A stretch of 45,107 nt of DNA from positions 1-45,107 of the forward strand of contig JASVEC010000124.1 in NCBI GenBank assembly GCA_030770535.1, read 5' to 3'. A program made the position numbers and the translations under genes. The notes under the pieces are model-generated. The model was not told the origin of the DNA. It saw only the letters and a program-made list of their open reading frames with translations, and did not search any database. How positions within the stretch are numbered: position 1 is the stretch's first letter; each line of letters begins with the position of its first letter. The stretch comes from Batkoa obscura (Eukaryota). This document shows, piece by piece, positions 43,433-45,107 of this stretch.

Positions 43433-43587
43433 TATAAATTTTTATTGATTAAGCTATAATAAGCCTTTTGAAATAATCGGATTTGAAGTTGAACATAAAG
43501 CTATTGAGAAAATAATTAACTAGAAGGAGAAAAACTTGAAATCAAATAATAAACAAAAGAATAACAATATTTGACTAATAGATAAGT

Positions 43588-43840
43588 TTAGCAAATGTAA
43601 TCTGGATAAACTCTAACATCTAAAATATCATCCATTAAGTGGTCTATCCAGCCATCATTAGCCCTAAAACAAATAACGGTATGGGACTTCTTGGGTTCAA
43701 TCATATGACCAAGAGCTTTGATATAAAAAGCTAAAAAATGGGCCTTTCTAATCCCATTGTACCCAATTAGTAATATGGTTTTTATTAAGCTTTGTAAAGC
43801 CAAAATCAAGTTTTAAGGTAAACCCTTCTTTTTTAGAAAA
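43588..43840 (-). pseudogene. Possible remnant of a CENP-B/Tc5(pogo)-type HTH DNA-binding domain
   Basis: KKKGLP*NLILALQSLIKTILLIGYNGIRKAHFLAFYIKAL...FRANDGWIDHLM resembles the Tc5 HTH pattern L..W.....G.P.....I..KA...FKASxGWLxxF. Contains an in-frame stop; no DDE domain seen. Confidence 0.35.
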
Positions 43841-44629
43841 CTATTTTTTATGGACATTCCTATTTGTTCATAAATTTAGAACTATTTTTGGATTTTAAAA
43901 TTTTAGGTTAGATTAAATCATAAAATTATGGAATTGAAAACAAAAACTCGATTTCTACAATTCAATTCCAATGTCTTTACTTTGTAAATGCGGAATTTTG
44001 GATAACTCTGGAATTTACTTACAGAGAAATGTATAGCTCTGGAACTAAGCTCAGACACTTAGAGGGTCTCTCTCAAAAGTTACGTTATAATAGTCTAAGA
44101 CTATAGTTTCAAACCTTTAGTTCCAAAGCATTGCCTATTTGGCTATGAAGAGATGGGCAAAAAGTCTCTTGTTATTTTGTTGACTCTAAATACAGTCAAT
44201 CCTTTTAGAATTCTTATGATGCCGTCTTCATTAATGGTATAATATTTAATTGTTTTTCTTAAAACATTGATTTTTTATAGAAGGAACATTCCTTGAGATT
44301 AATCTTTTTTCAATTCATGTTTGCTGATACAGTGGCCTGGATTATTCACAGAAAATTCTATTGTCTGAACGTTGGATCAGTAACATTGCCTTCTCTAATA
44401 AATCCTATATTTTTAAACGGGACTTCCTTGATTACTCAAGAAACCAAATATGATTTATTTTTTACTGATTGATCATTCAAGAGTATTGACTAGGCAGCGT
44501 ATTTGAATCTCCTTAATGATCTCTCAAAGCTGAATTCATCCTTAGCCTTTAATTAGTTAGTCTATTTTTTTGTAAATAAATTACATTACTTTTCCCTATG
44601 TGTTAATAAGTTTATAAAAAAATACCATA

Positions 44630-44729
44630 TGAGAGTGTTTTTTTGGCTTCATTACTTTTTCTATTTTTTAAGCGCTATTTAAGTGAAAAATTTGTTAATA
44701 GAATTCTTAAACACAAAAATACATCCCCA
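44630..44729 (-). mobile_element. MITE copy
   Basis: TA|TGAGAGTGTTTTTTTGGCTTCA...AAACACAAAAATACATCCCCA|TA. Confidence 0.82.
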
Positions 44730-44818
44730 TATGCTTATAAAAACTTGGTTATAAGCCAACAATTAATTTACTAATAACATTAAAAACAATTGAAATATTA
44801 AAAAAATAAACTAACATA

Positions 44819-44917
44819 TGTGGCTATTTTTTTTTGTTTCATTATTTTTACATTATTTAAGTGCTATTTGAGTGGAAAAACTGTTAGTAAAATCCTAAAC
44901 ACAAAAATACATCCCCA
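44819..44917 (-). mobile_element. MITE copy
   Basis: TA|TGTGGCTA...AAGTGCTATTTGAGTGGAAAAA...AAACACAAAAATACATCCCCA|TA. Confidence 0.8.
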
Positions 44918-45107
44918 TATTATTAACTTCAATCAGCAATGACTTCATTTCCCTAATTATTAACCCCTTCGCTTTTAACTCCTTCAAGTATTCGATAGGA
45001 AATCAAATCCAATATTTTAATATGAAGACAAGTTATAGACAAATCATTCTAGTTCATCCTAATAAATGCTAAAAAATTGCAACTCTAACTTTTTTAATTA
45101 GTGATCC

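Noticed and set aside
3788..44917. Dispersed ~100-bp repeat interpreted as a CRISPR array or REP-like system
   Set aside because: Eukaryotic context, irregular kb-scale spacing, both orientations, no cas genes; TIRs and TA flanks fit a MITE.

Overview
AT-rich eukaryotic DNA, most likely from an early-diverging fungus (inferred from the 40-74 nt GT-AG introns and gene content; Zoopagomycota/Entomophthorales-like is a guess). 1-15.2 kb is a housekeeping block: the 3' end of a mitochondrial carrier, a Kelch membrane protein, a PPR protein, intronless RPB1 with a fragmented CTD, and SUA5. 15.3-29.4 kb is a rearranged block bounded by a 1761-bp inverted duplication (secreted Asn/Tyr-rich protein + MITE + tRNA-Ala). 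Inside it are a third tRNA-Ala, two near-identical HSP20 genes, KIN17/RTS2, an 8-exon Elongin A gene missed by the ORF track, a bacterial-type CAP protein and an F-box/LRR pseudogene. 28.4-42.8 kb is an island of small single-exon secreted or GPI-anchored low-complexity proteins. A ~100-bp TA-flanked MITE family occurs 18 times, and there are weak LINE and Tc5/pogo transposase remnants. All calls come from reading the sequence by eye; no searches were run.
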